Assembly: GCA_013239625.1 (NCBI GenBank)
Contig: MU054187.1
Location: forward strand, 13,920,974 to 13,982,973
Direction: 5' to 3'
DNA from: Lama guanicoe
Taxonomy: Eukaryota
Length of the DNA: 62,000 bases
In this document: positions 39,031 through 51,587 of the stretch, piece after piece
Position numbering within the stretch: position 1 is the first letter of the stretch
How the letters are laid out: each line of letters starts with the position of its first letter
Program-made: the position numbers and the translations under genes
The notes under the pieces: model-generated
Told to the model about the DNA's origin: nothing
Seen by the model: the letters and a program-made list of their open reading frames with translations, nothing else
Database searches by the model: none

Positions 39031-42000
39031 CCACTTCCCCGCCCCTTAATTTTGTATCTTTTCTTAGACTCTCATTTGGCCCTTGTGTTCTGTCACATCA
39101 GCATGTGTAGTTTTGCCCAAAGGACCTCAGTTATGCATTTGATAGAAATCAGATTTTTTTTTTACACAAAAGCATCTCTCTCCCCACCAGGTTTTTAAAG
39201 TTATATTTAACTGAGAAAGTTATATCTGTGGCCTTGTGAGTCATTCAGTTTTCCATATAAACTGGTTATTACTAATTAGCTATTTATTTGTGCATCTGTG
39301 TGAGACATCTTTTAACCCATACAGGAACCAGAATTTTAAACCTTGCATTGATCCTTTAATGTCCTTGAGTTCCTGCCTCTATCAAGTCTCTAAGTAGCAA
39401 AAACATCTCATGATTATGATAAGGAAATATGGGAGCAAGAGATATCCCATCCTGCAGAACCCACCCTATGAGGCAGCTCTAGAATTTTGACTGGAGGAAT
39501 GTTTGGAGAAACATTGCTACAGGAAGAGAAAAGCAGTTCACAGGAGAAAACGGCATGTGAGGACGTAGGTAGGGCATGAATTTGGATCAGGCCTAAAGAG
39601 AGCCAGGCACTAGCCTTGACTTGACCTCCTGGGAGTCACAATTCTGAAGGATTCATTATCCAGCCCAACTGAGGGGAACTCACAAAGTAATTTGAAGTCT
39701 TTGCTATGGGGTGGAACTCAACCAAAATTCCTTGCTGGAAGGCCTCAGACACAAACTCCAAGTCGGTCCTGGAGCAGTCTTCCAAGGAGCTGTGACTTTC
39801 CTGAGGCATCTTCAGGCCACTGTTTGGCCGAGGAAGAGAGGCATGAGCTCACTGTCCAGGATCTTGGTGGATCTGAAGGATGCACCCCACCCAATCTACT
39901 CAAGCCTTTCTATAAAAGAAATGAGGTGAGGTGCCCCCAGGGATATTTCAGGGAAATAATTACTATGACTATTATGAAAAAAATTAATCACCATTTTTAA
40001 TGTAATTTTGAAGTCACAGCAGAAATACATGTAACATCGCCTTTTTGTTTCTCTCACTCTGCATCAAGCCCAGCAAATAGGGTGATTGCCTCCTCCAGAC
40101 CATCCCAGTGCTGCGTGGAAAACTGGCAGGACAAAGTGGGCCGTGCTAGTCCTCTAGTGACTATTCCTCACGTAGGCTCCCTCCTCGTGTTCCAAGAACA
40201 AGCGTACCTTTGAAGAGTAACTCAAAGCTCATGCAGTGCTTGGGGGTGGGGGGAGCAGGGGTGGGGAATGAAGCAAGTGAAGCATGCATGCCTTCAGGAC
40301 AGAAGCTAACCAGGCAAGTGCTAACCAAAGCCATTTTGTCCAAAATATTTCAGATTATAAGCACACTGCTTTAATGCTTCGCTTTAATGCTGAGTGTAAG
40401 TGGATTTTCAAGGGTGTTAGTGTAATTTACAAATAAGATATTTTATTATAGGAAGAAATAGTATACCTTACCACTCTCCAGGTTAAACTAAATCGGGTGG
40501 TTTTACGGGTCACGGTGGCTTTGCCTTATCAGGAAGGGGAAAGCAGTAGAAAAACAAAATGATAAAAGGCTAGGCATACACTCCCAGATGCTGAAAGAAA
40601 GCCGGATGGTGCCCCCACAGCAGAGAGTTCTGGGAATCGTGTTTTTTTTATTACAACTCTAGCAGGATAACCTACAAACTAACAGCCTCTGTCTTTGACA
40701 GTTGGCACTAAGAGTTATGGAAACTAGACTTGGCGGTCCTTACAGTACTTCAAAATAAATAACGTGCACTTATTCCGAAGTTTTCCATGCAAAGAGTTCC
40801 CAGATGTGTGACTTCCAAGGCCCCCAGAGGTGTAAGCAAACTAGAAGTCACCAGTAGAAATTACAAAGCACACAGGGCACAAGCTGAAATTTCACAGGTG
40901 TCTGATTAATGAGGATGGTATAGACAGCCAAACTGGACAAATTCAATCAAAACCTACCTCCCACCCTGACCATTGCAGATTCACTTCTAGAAAATACTCC
41001 TTCATTCACGCGCTCATTTACTCCTTCAGCAATCCCACCCTGAGTCGCTGTAGCCCAAAGGTGCTGTGCTAACCATAAATATAAACAAACTCCAGTACAC
41101 AAGCATCCATGTTTGGCTTTCCCAATGCATGTCTGCCTTGGGCTGGCTGCCTTTTTTCTTTGTCTCTTCATCACAGTTCATATTTAATATCCTATTCGTT
41201 ATTAATGGTGGAGTCTAGCAGCAAAATTTTCAATCGTGATATTTTGCCCAAAGAATTCTCTAGATTTTCAGTAAAAATGTCAACACACCAGATCTGTTCC
41301 ACTTCCATTCTCCTGCCATTGTTTTCGTCTTCTCTTGATATTGCCAAGTGCCTGTGAAAGAGGTAACAGAAACTAGCATTCAAAAAAATACACCAGAGAG
41401 GTATTCAAAATTGTCACATTGCAGCTATAGTTTTTGCTTTTGAAAAAAAAAAAACTGGCTACCATTTGCAAAGTAAATTTATTTTAAAACAAGCCCACTT
41501 TAACATCAACTTATACTAACTGAAATAACAAATGACCATGAAAAAGCCAGATATGTGTCTTTGAAAAAAAATTCAAAAATGGAGATATTTTGCAAGAGGG
41601 ATGGCATGCCTGTTGCTGTGGCCCAGGAGCAGAGAGAGCTTGTTGCAAGTGATAGTGCCAACTTAAATTAACTCTTTCTTCGGGGAATTTTTAGTGTGTC
41701 CTAGAAATTTTACAAGTTAGGGTGTCCCCTGCACAAATGGCTACTCTAGGCCAGGGAATCTGAAAGTTACTCTGCTGCCAGTTCATCACCTTATTCTACT
41801 TTTCACTGCCCAAAACATTATCAACTGCTCTCTCTTTCTGTTGGAGTACCTCACATTTAACGTGGACCTCAATAAAATAGTCACAGTGGGCAGTACCACT
41901 TCAGGTCGGAACATGGTGGCTTCTAATTCGGTGAAAAGGAGTTTGAGCCCAGCTTCATCCATTCGATGTATTTAGAATTGTACATTCATGGTATTCTTGG

Positions 42001-42087
42001 AACCAGAGAAATTTTTACTGGTAAGTGGTCTCTGGGCTGCAGCTCTCAAGAACACCACCCTATAACTGCCCTTTCCTCCCCATTGAA

Positions 42088-42350
42088 AGAGGGACAAATT
42101 GGGAGTTCAGCATTTGCAGGTGCTAACTACTATGTATAAAATGGATAAACAGCAAGGTCCCACTGTATAGCACTGGGAACTATATTCAATAGCTTGTAAC
42201 AGCCTATAATGAAAAAGAATATGAAAAGGAATATGTGTATATATATATATCTGAATCACTGTGCTGTACACCAGAAATTAACACAACATTTTTGTAAACT
42301 GACTGTACTTCAATTAAAAAAAATTTTTTAATAATAAAAATTTTTAAAAA
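42088..42350 (+). mobile_element. 5'-truncated L1 3' UTR, cetartiodactyl type
   Basis: GGGACAAATTGGGAGTT...GGATAAACAGCAAGGTCCCACTGTATAGCAC...GCTGTACACCAGAAATTAACACAACA...ACTTCAATTAAAAAAAA. Confidence 0.9.
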
Positions 42351-43914
42351 GAAAATCACAAAGGCTCCTGAGGCAGCTGGGTCTTTCTCAGAGCACCACG
42401 TCCTTTACTTGACCTGGTGCTTCGTGGCAATGAGACCCTCAGAGGTCCTCCCACTAGGAGTTCTTGTGCCTCTGCCTGTTGACTGAAAAACCATGATTTT
42501 TAGGCAGTAAATGATTTTAAAGTGTAAAATTTATTATCTCACTAACTAGTCAATAAAATGTTGAGCTAATTAATAGCATAGCAAGCCATTCCACGGCAAG
42601 GGAAAATGTTACAGATCTTGAAAAACAAATATTTTCAGGCACTTGAAAGCATTTGCTATGCTAATTTCAAAGCCTTTTTTTTTCAATTTATTGATTAAAG
42701 AAGTCATTTACCAAGAACCAAGACTATAAGATATTTTATTAACAAAGCTTGGGTCCAGATTGACATTTAAACAACGTGGCAACATTTTTATACAATTATT
42801 TATGGGTTTTGATTTATACATTCATACTGGTCTTCCCTTTTTAAATTATATGAAGTACATTTTATGGTATTAATAGTATCTTTAGGAAATGTATGCATTC
42901 AGCATTAAAATAAGTTAATTGATATTAACGAAATACTTCAGACCAAATGCTGTAGGCATGACAGCTGTTTTGTGGTATGGTAACTTCACCTTAAAATTTC
43001 TGGATCTAAATTGTAATATATACTATAAATCTACATATATAGTAAAATGGACAATAATATATAAAATAAAGAAAATTTCATACATGTCACATTTTTCCAA
43101 GATTTTTAGATAATGAAACATATCCTTGACTCATATGAAATTTTCAAATTTTTGAAGCCAGCATGGATTTGGGATGTTGAATAAGCAAGATAATTATCCC
43201 CCAACCTTTTTTTGTTTGTTTGTTTATTGGCATTAGCTAAAAAAACTTGTGAATTTATACATATAAAATAATATATTACATAGATAATAATAGTAAAAAA
43301 ACCTTTTACAAATACCATGCTCATCATCCAAATACAATTATTTTCCATTTTACATGATTCCTGCTACTTTTCTTATTACTACGTGTATATATTTCCTAGG
43401 TAAATCATGATTTACAGAATATTTTGTTCTATTTTCTCTGAATTCTATAATAAATATTTTCCCTATTTCTAGGTAGTCATTTTACTTTTTTAACTAAACA
43501 ATTTAATATCATTTAAATGGCAGAAAACAGGTTTAAGAGTGTTGTCTCTCCTGTTTTTTAGAAAATCTCAGATTCCACCTCCACTCAACAATATCTTTTG
43601 AAGAACAATGGTGTATTTTGCCATGTAACTTGTGAGGCATTACAGCAGAAAGGTGAATAAGACACTGTCTGTGCCCTTGAGGAAATTATAACCTAATAAG
43701 GAAAAAGCAAGAACACACCCCAGAAATGTCCAGTAATTTCTACAGGTGCTATTTAATAAAATAATGCATTTCACTTTGCTGGGAGAAGGCTAGGAAGGAT
43801 AAGAAGGGATCCCTGAACTGAGTTTGGAAAAGCTCCAGCATTAAAATTCTGAATGATTCCATGAGCTGGATTGGGTTCCCACTCCTGAAACGACATGAAA
43901 ATCAGCTCTCTCAG

Positions 43915-44110
43915 AAAGAGGGACTTAGAAGCAACCTTCAGTGTTGTCTTGTGCTGGCCACGCACTCCCTGAGCGCCCTTTACAACATCGCCCCCAAGTG
44001 GCTGAAGCCTCTGCTTGAACATGGGACCTCCCAGGATGCCAACCTTGCAGGCATCTTTCAGTCTCCTCACTAGGACTGTGCAGTGCTTCTGCAACAAGTT
44101 GCTTCACAGC
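43915..44110 (-). mobile_element. L3/CR1 fragment
   Basis: TACAACATCGCCCCCAAGTGGCTGAAGCCTCTGCTTGAACA resembles the antisense CR1 3' end. Confidence 0.5.
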
Positions 44111-44739
44111 TTCCAGCCCTTGCTTGCTATTTTAACTATTTAGTTTCCTAGATATATGTTAACATGTTCGTAAATTTAGTATTCTTGCATCAAGATTATG
44201 TATTTCCTTTGGCATGTATACAACCAAGCAAGGGTGGGAAGTCACTTTGACTATGTAAAATATGAAATTTTAATTTCATTTGATAGGATCATCTGCTGCT
44301 CCAGGCCTAGGAGCCCCTGATTTCAGAAGTCACTGGGGTTTTCTAAATGAAAGAAAAAGCCAAATGAAAATGATTGTCCGAATAAGACAAGGCACGAAAC
44401 AACAAACATGTTTGCCACAAAACCTGGATATTCCGGGCAAATAGCTGGTTGAGGGCATCAGTAGATGAATGTTTTCCCCATGAAGCCCCACTAATTGTCT
44501 CAATTCCCCAACTCACTATAAATAGACAGACCTTCCCTGATACTCACTGAAGCAGGAGAGCTAGGGTAGAACAGAGGTCTCTGTGGGAAGCAAATTAAAT
44601 TCTCTCCCTTAACACTCATGCTTCTCATCATATATCGCAAGCCAGGCCTACCCCACTGCGTCCAGTGTCCCCCTTAACATTTATTTCATGTGTGTGTTTC
44701 TTCCTGAATTACATTCTTTCTGGCATGAATTCTAAATAT

Positions 44740-44762
44740 TGCTGCTGCTGCTGCTGCTGCTG
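44740..44762. repeat. (TGC)7 microsatellite
   Basis: Directly visible. Confidence 0.95.
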
Positions 44763-45015
44763 GGGAGGTTTATTTCCACCAGTGAGGCTCACTGTGCATT
44801 TAGAATATAGAAAAATAACCAGATGCTTGCTATCTTCATCTTATCAATAAAAATAAGTCATAAAATCAAGCCCTTAACTGAAAGATTTATCTGTTTTCCA
44901 ATATGAAAGAGCTGGGAGCTTTTGGCTCTAACCATCCCAGCCCTTACTGGCTACTTGATTTGTCAAGCTTGGCTTCCTTATCAGTAGAGTGGGGATCATA
45001 GTATATACTTTAGAG

Positions 45016-45307
45016 CAGTGCTTTTCAGACTCTCAGCTGAAGCACCAGTTTCTTTTTTTTTTTTTTTTTTTTTTTTTCTTTTTAAAAAAACAATTTTTTG
45101 GGAAAAATAATCTTGTAAAAAAAAAAAAAAGTGAAAAGTAAATTGAGATGAAGCATGATCATCTCTTGGCTGTTTGTGCAGTGTCAAATTGTCTTCAAAA
45201 AAATTCTCAGTGCTTACTCTCAGTGTCTGTACTGTACTTATCTTCCATGGGTTAGTGACAATTTGCATATGGGCCTGGGTCCGCAGACCACACTTTGAGT
45301 AGCGCTG
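45016..45307. mobile_element. hAT-Charlie non-autonomous DNA transposon inserted in a MIR, with internal poly(T)/poly(A) tracts
   Basis: Imperfect terminal inverted repeats CAGTGCTTTTCA ... TGAGTAGCGCTG; GACCACACTTTGAG terminus; MIR-like sequence on both sides. Confidence 0.65.
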
Positions 45308-46247
45308 ATTAAAGGACTGATCTATGACTTACCATGTAAAACACCTAAAACAAAGCAAGGCATAATACAAACTAGGTCTAAGTAATGCTACTATCATTTC
45401 CCTTCTCTTAAAATTCATTATTATTCAAATCAGTTATTAGTTGATCCTCTACCTCTCTGTTCAACAATTATTTATTGAAAATTTATTGGGTTGGCCACTG
45501 TGCTAAATAGTGGGGTATGGTAATGAAAAAGAACCCCAATTCTTACCGTCAAGGAGTTTATGTGCCACTGAAAAGTTTTCACTAAAATACCAAAAAAATT
45601 TGAAATTAAAAATCTAACATTATAAAGTCATTATACTTTTTTCACTTTTATGTCTTAATATTTTTTATTTTTCAGTATTTTCTCATCTTTGACACTATTT
45701 AATATACACTCACAACACACACACATGCCCACACATTATTTATTTTAAGGCCCAGCTGATTATTAATTATTCTCATTTTCTTAGCCTCAAAAAAGAAGAA
45801 TTTCCCCCACCAGCCTTGTAATTCTTTCTTTCACAATGTGTAAATCAGAGTTCTTTTTGGTTTCATTGGGATTAGTTCTACCAACCTTCTTGATAATTCT
45901 AAGCACGACTTTTATATGACTATAAAATCCATTTTTCCTAAACACAGGCTCTCTTACTCAGTCTGCCAATCATCATTTAAAATAGATCATATAAACCAGT
46001 GTTCTGCTTACTTTTAAAAATCCCCTGTCCATTGAAAATTTATAGACATTTAGAATGAGAAAGTTAAATCTCTTTATTGCTTGGGAGAAGAGCTAGCCAA
46101 AAATGCTTTTTAAAAGCAGGATCCCTGCTAGTATCCATTTTTCAATAGTTCTTCAGTAGCACAAGGTATCTTTGTCTTTCTGTTACCACCACCATGTAGC
46201 ATGAAGCAGGGGTGGGATGGAGCAGTCTTCAAGAAAACTGAGACTTT

Positions 46248-46449
46248 GCTACAAATAATAAATGCTGGAGACGGTGTGGACAAAAGGGAACCCTCCTACA
46301 CTGTTGGTGGGAATGCAAATTGGTGCAGCCACTAGAGAAAAGAGTATGGAGGTTTCTTAAAAAACTAAAAATAGAACCAACTTACGACCCAGCAATCCCA
46401 CTCCTGGGCATATGTCCAGAAAAAGCAAAAACTCTAATTTGAAAAGATG
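46248..46449 (+). mobile_element. L1 ORF2 C-terminal (CCHC) fragment lacking 3' UTR and polyA
   Basis: Translates [56 protein letters not shown], the conserved L1 ORF2p Cys-rich region. Confidence 0.95.
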
Positions 46450-47024
46450 AACTTCTATCACTTTCTAGCAAATGGCAAGAATCCTGCCAGAGCAGGAAGT
46501 TTACTCTCCGCAGGGCTCCCGCAGAGCACCTGCGTACTGAGGCTCTGCAGCTCTGAAATGTCAAATGGCTCCACGTGAGGGCAGGGAAGATTCCAACACG
46601 ACCACTGGCCTGATTTGTTCACGAAGCCGTTGTGCTGCTGGGCAACGCCCCTGGAGGAAAAAGCTGATGTTTACCTCGAGCGAGCAATGGGTTCTTTCTT
46701 TTTCTCTTCATTCCTTCCTTCTTTCCTCCATAACCAGCTCCCTCCTTTCCTTCCTCCCTTCCTTCCTTTCCTTGTGTCTTTTAATGTAGTAGCTACTAGA
46801 AAATCACATGCTGCTGAGTTCTGAGATTTCCCCACTGCCTTTCCAGACTCTTGATCAGATATGAGAAAATCTGATGTGTGTGTGTATAAAGGATAAAAAG
46901 GAATTTAGGGAACAAAAGACTCATTTCCTTGTTTCTGATATTAAAAGAGTACGTAACTAGCAGCCTTATTTGTGCACAGACAGTGCTCTCTTCAATTTAA
47001 TTCCAATACGTCCTGTCTCTGCTC

Positions 47025-47325
47025 TTCTTAGTCCAATACAGCAGCCACTACCTACATGACTGCTGCGCACGGGAAATGTGACTGAGACGCTCTAAGTGTA
47101 AAATACACACCAGATTTTGCAGACTTAGAGAAAAAAAGAGAGAGTTTCAAATACCACTTTAATAAATATTTTGTTGATTATATGTATAATATTTTAGATA
47201 TACTGGGTTAAATTAAATATATTATTGACCTCAGTTTCACCCACTTCTTTTTGATCTTTTTAATGGGACTACTAGAAACTTTAAAATTACACTGGTGACT
47301 CACATTGTGTTTCGATTTAGATAAT
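47025..47325 (-). mobile_element. MER33 (hAT-Charlie)
   Basis: GTCCAATACAGCAGCCACTA...GTGTAAAATACACACCAGATTT...ATATACTGGGTTAAATTAAATAT...CTACTAGAAACTTTAAAATTAC. Confidence 0.8.
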
Positions 47326-47357
47326 GTCAAGTACTGCTTTAGATAATGTCAAGTACT
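47316..47357. repeat. 22-bp-period tandem duplication
   Basis: TTTAGATAATGTCAAGTACT at 47316-47335 and 47338-47357. Confidence 0.9.
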
Positions 47358-48391
47358 ATGAAATGTATTCCAGATGATTTTTATTTTCTCAAAATCTCTT
47401 CATTGTCAAAATCTTGTCAGGAAAACCAGGAGAAAAGATATTAACTCTGTCCACAAAGCCTAGTGCTTTCCATGCATCTTAAAATCTTATTCTCAAAATA
47501 GTTTCCTTTCTGCACCTTAAAAACTGACTGAAGGAACCATATCTTAGGTTTCCATTGAGGTTCCCTAGAAGGGCACTCAAAAATATCATTAACTGAGTCA
47601 CACTAATTAAAAAGGCTGCCAGTTCTTACAGATTGAACTTGAAGTTTTTAGAAGACTTTTGAAGGTGATTTTCTTCCCAAATACGACTTTAAGGACAAAT
47701 ATAATTCTCTTTGCACTAACACACCATGCTTTTCATGACCATTTCTACTACTTTTCTACTAATTAAAAAAGAGATTTATATTATTTATCAGCAGTATTAC
47801 ATGTTCCATTATATTTATTGCTTTGTTTATACTTGTACTACTGTGATACAAACTACAGTTGAAATACTGCAGGCCTTACACAATTCTATTGTATTAATCT
47901 TAGTTTTGTAGCAGACAATATTACTAAATATTTATGTGGGATGGGAAAGCAATCAATAGGCATATTCTGCAGCGGATAATCTACAACTGAATAGGTTCAC
48001 CGTAATCGTTCTCTGCACCGGATGGTGGAGATACTCCAATAGAATCTGACGGTTAATTTCTCAGTCTTATTTCCCTATGGAAAAGTCTTCTATCAATGAA
48101 TAGCCAACAGTGAGCAAGGATGAACAAATTATTTACTCACCCATGGTTTTAGAAGTTTGGTCATTGTAATTTATAAAGTCGAGCCTTGTGTTGTATCAGG
48201 TAGCTTTTTATGTTCATATGGATGATTTACTTTGGGATTTCACATACATAAAATTCAGAAAATAAGTCTATGATTGTAACGCTTTCTCATTAACACATTG
48301 TAGTCAATAACACCAAAACACCGACTATTTGGAGAGTGTCTGCACTAGCATATGGTTAATAAATTCCACCTCTGCATAGAGCAATAAGCTT

Positions 48392-48417
48392 TGTGTGTGT
48401 GTGTGTGTGTGTGTGTG
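48392..48417. repeat. (TG)13 microsatellite
   Basis: Directly visible. Confidence 0.95.
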
Positions 48418-48559
48418 AAGCTAAATTATTGGTTTCTATTCAGTTCTACTGAAAAGAGCGCTAAATTTGGAATCAGTAGGTTTGGATCCAACAAAGCACA
48501 GTTGATACTTATCATCTGTGTTATCTTGGGCAACCTGCTTATAATAGACACTGTTTATT

Positions 48560-49030
48560 CCTCATCCAGATCCCCTTTACTGGGTCAGTACACCGATGCT
48601 CAATTGCTCTGAGGGTTGGCTGCTAACAGAGCAGAGCTGCTCCCTATTCACAGAAGGCCAAGAGGAGCTGCCTTGCCCAGGAAGTTACACATCCTGCCCC
48701 ATTTCCACCCAGGGCAGCCTGCAGCCCATGACTGAGCTGGCACAGGGCAGAAAGGACCAGCTCCCTTTGTTAAGGAAGGACCAGTTCTATAATGCAACAC
48801 GCTCCAGAGCTCCCCGTGGGGTCAGGCTGAAGCTAGTCTCCTGCTGAGTACGTCTCAGCTCCGTTGCACTAGTCCCTGTCTCTAGCACATGCCTTTCAGA
48901 GATCACCCTTGGTCAAGCTTGAATTGCTCTCACACAAAAGCAACTAAAAGTAGTTAGAGCCTGATGATCCAGCTACATCTGTTAACACTAAAATCTATTC
49001 TCCACCATAGCTTCCTAAGAATCTGCCTGA
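48560..49030 (+). mobile_element. ERVL solo LTR, LTR16-like
   Basis: GGGCAGCCTGCAGCCCATGACTGA...CCAGAGCTCCCCGTGGGGTCAGGCTGAAGCTAG resembles recalled LTR16 sequence. Confidence 0.7.
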
Positions 49031-49080
49031 AATTGCAGTTTGCTTTTGCATATGGAGCTCTTCAAGACTGGAGTATCTCA

Positions 49081-49172
49081 GAGGGAGAGTATAGCTCAGT
49101 AGCAGAGCACATGCTTGGCATGCCTGAGGTCCTGGGCTCGTTCCCCAGTGCCACTATTTAAAAAAAAAAAAA
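49081..49172 (+). mobile_element. tRNA-Ala-derived SINE (short Vic type) with polyA
   Basis: GGGAGAGTATAGCTCAGTAGCAGAGCACATGCTTGGCATGCCTGAGGTCCTGGGCTCGTTCCCCAGTGCC followed by an A-tract. Confidence 0.9.
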
Positions 49173-49410
49173 GTGAAATTAACATTAATGACATATTTTA
49201 TTTAGCCCAATATCTCCAACATATTATCATTTCAGTGTATAAGCAATATAAAAATTATTAATATTTTCTATTCTTTTTTGTAATACTAAGTGTCTGAAAT
49301 CTCTTGTGTGTTTTACACTCACAGCAGATTCCAACTTGGGTTCATCACATTTAAAGTCCTCAATAGCTGCACGTGGCTAGTGGCCACCACATGGGACAAG
49401 GCAGATCTAG
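49173..49410 (+). mobile_element. MER33, 5'-truncated
   Basis: GTGAAATTAACATTAATGACATATTTTATTTAGCCCAATAT...CACGTGGCTAGTGGCCACCACATGGGACA; inverse of the 47025 copy. Confidence 0.8.
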
Positions 49411-50074
49411 ACAGTTAGCTTCCGGGTAAGGCACAACCACAATCACCACAACCACCACAACAACAAAAACCTGAGAACAAGTTGAACAGAACTGATAAAA
49501 ATTTCACTGAAAAGACCGTGAAGGAGTCAGTTGTCTGAGAATTTAGAGGCTTGAATTATCTGGTTTGGCTTCCTGTGCTGATGGGATAAAATGTTTCCAT
49601 CAGTTTCTACATAATATCTGGAGATAGTTTATGTATTATCATCACTTGAAAGAAAGGCAGCATTTCCTTCATTCTTCATAGATCATATTTCTTATTTCTA
49701 AAACTAAGATGCAGAGGAAAGAGCTGGATGCAATTAAAGAGCATTGTACCATGTGACAATTTTTTAAATTCTGAAAGATAGTATTCATATTTCAGGGGGC
49801 AAAAGCCAACAACTGGATTATTTGCAAGTAACAGGATTTCTTCCCTTGTTCCCAGAATCAGCATTATAGCTTATCTCAGTTGATCAATTTATTAATATCA
49901 CAGAATGAATGAGATTCAACAAAGGAGCCAGACCCCCTCCCCCACTGCAGGAATACAGGGAAACACAGAAGTCAACTCTATGGGTAGAAAGACTGCGATT
50001 CTCTTTCATACGCCTACGCATCCTTTGCATCTAGTTCAAGGACTGACATGTATTTACTAAGAAATATAATCTTT

Positions 50075-50640
50075 TTTTATTCACTCTTTTACTCATTTGT
50101 ACAGTAAATACTGAGCACTTAGGTACAGACCTTATTCTGGGCTTTGGGACTATGCAGTCACTGCCTTTCAGACATTTACCAAGTCTGTGATATGCATGGT
50201 GAAATGTGCTAGATTTTTTGGAAACAGGGTGGAACCTGGTCCATAAGGTCAGGGGAGGCCTTCCAGAAGAAGGGTTATTAAGGTGAGGACTGAAGGAGGA
50301 GTGGGAGGAAGTTGGCCAGTTGAGTAGAAAGGGGCAGGACAGCCCAGGCAAAGGAAAGACGTGTGGAAGATCCAAACTTAAGAGAGCATATGGTGGTCTT
50401 GGCTTCCAGAAGCCAGCTTTCCAGGAACTGGAAATATCCGTGATGAGAGGAAGAGAGAATGTATGGGCTAGAATGATGGTTAATGAGGCTGGAGGAGGAG
50501 GAAAGGAGTCAGCTCACAAAGAGACAGAAGTGTTAAAATGGCAGGTGCCCTGAGATGGTTGGTTGCAATCGGTTAAAATGACTGGAACCAGGGAAGCAGT
50601 GGGAGCAGGGTAGATGAAATGGAAAACACAGGTTGAGACC
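50075..50640 (-). mobile_element. L2 fragment
   Basis: TTATTCACTC...TAAATACTGAGCACTTAG...GGGAGGCCTTCCAGAAGAAGGG...GAGGACTGAAGGA. Confidence 0.65.
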
Positions 50641-50799
50641 GCAGGCAGTAAATGGACGAAAGGGTAAAGAATAATGAGCAGTCAGAAAAAAAATTAAGGG
50701 GATTTCATGTTTAATCACGGTGAAAAAACAACACTGTATTTGGACCAATTATCAAACTACAGCAACCTTGGAAGGGAGATCCTGTCATCAAAAAACTTG

Positions 50800-50970
50800 A
50801 TATTCTCAGGCCCTGTGCATATATTATCTTATTTCCCCCGGCAGCATATTTTGCCATAAAGAAACGGAAGCTCAGGATGGTTTTGTAACCAGCCCAAGAC
50901 TATATGTTAATAAATGGTGTGCAAGGGATGTAAACTCAGATGTGTCGAGCCACAGTGCCCAGGCTTTCCA
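50800..50970 (-). mobile_element. MIR
   Basis: AAAGAAACGGAAGCTCAG...GCCCAAGACTATATGTTAATAAATGG...GGGATGTAAACTCAG. Confidence 0.65.
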
Positions 50971-51408
50971 CGAGGCCCATTAAAAAAGGGAATCTTAGCC
51001 GATCTTTAAAGAGTAACCTTTCGAGTTAAAAATGGAGTTCAGCCTCTGACATTAAAAGTTCTATTGGAAAAGTTGTTAAACCTTATCTGTTTGGCCTTAG
51101 TGTTAAAACGGGACTTTCACTAGTTCCCCTTCCTTTCTACGTGCATAAGTAGTCATAAGATAATATGTGTGCAGTGCTTTGAGCTAGCAGAATGCATGGT
51201 GACACATAAAAATCCATGTGTTTATTGTCGAATTTCTAAATCATATAGTTCCCATTTTTAGAAATTAGAACATGTTTTAAAATATGCTAAAAAGATTAAC
51301 CAAATTAAATTGGACTGGCCCAGTAATATTTTATGAGATGTCTTTTATAATGTTAAGATATATCTTAAGAAGACCACCATCAAGTCCATTAAAAATAATG
51401 CTATGCTA

Positions 51409-51587
51409 TAGATAAACAAGATTATACTGTAAAGCACAGAGAAATATACACAAGATCTTATGGTAGCTCACAGAGAAAAAAATGACAATGAATATATATA
51501 TGTTCATGTATAACTGAAAAATTGTGCTCTACACTGGAATTTGACACAACATTGTAAAATGATTATAAATCAATAAAAAATGTTAAA
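51409..51587 (+). mobile_element. Young camelid-type L1 3' end with TSD
   Basis: GAAAAATTGTGCTCTACACTGGAATTTGACACAACATTGTAAAATG; TSD AAAAATA(AT/GC)GCTATGCTA at 51391-51408 and 51588-51605. Confidence 0.9.

Noticed and set aside
43771..44107. Three overlapping ORFs
   Set aside because: Overlap a probable L3/CR1 remnant; no protein similarity recognised
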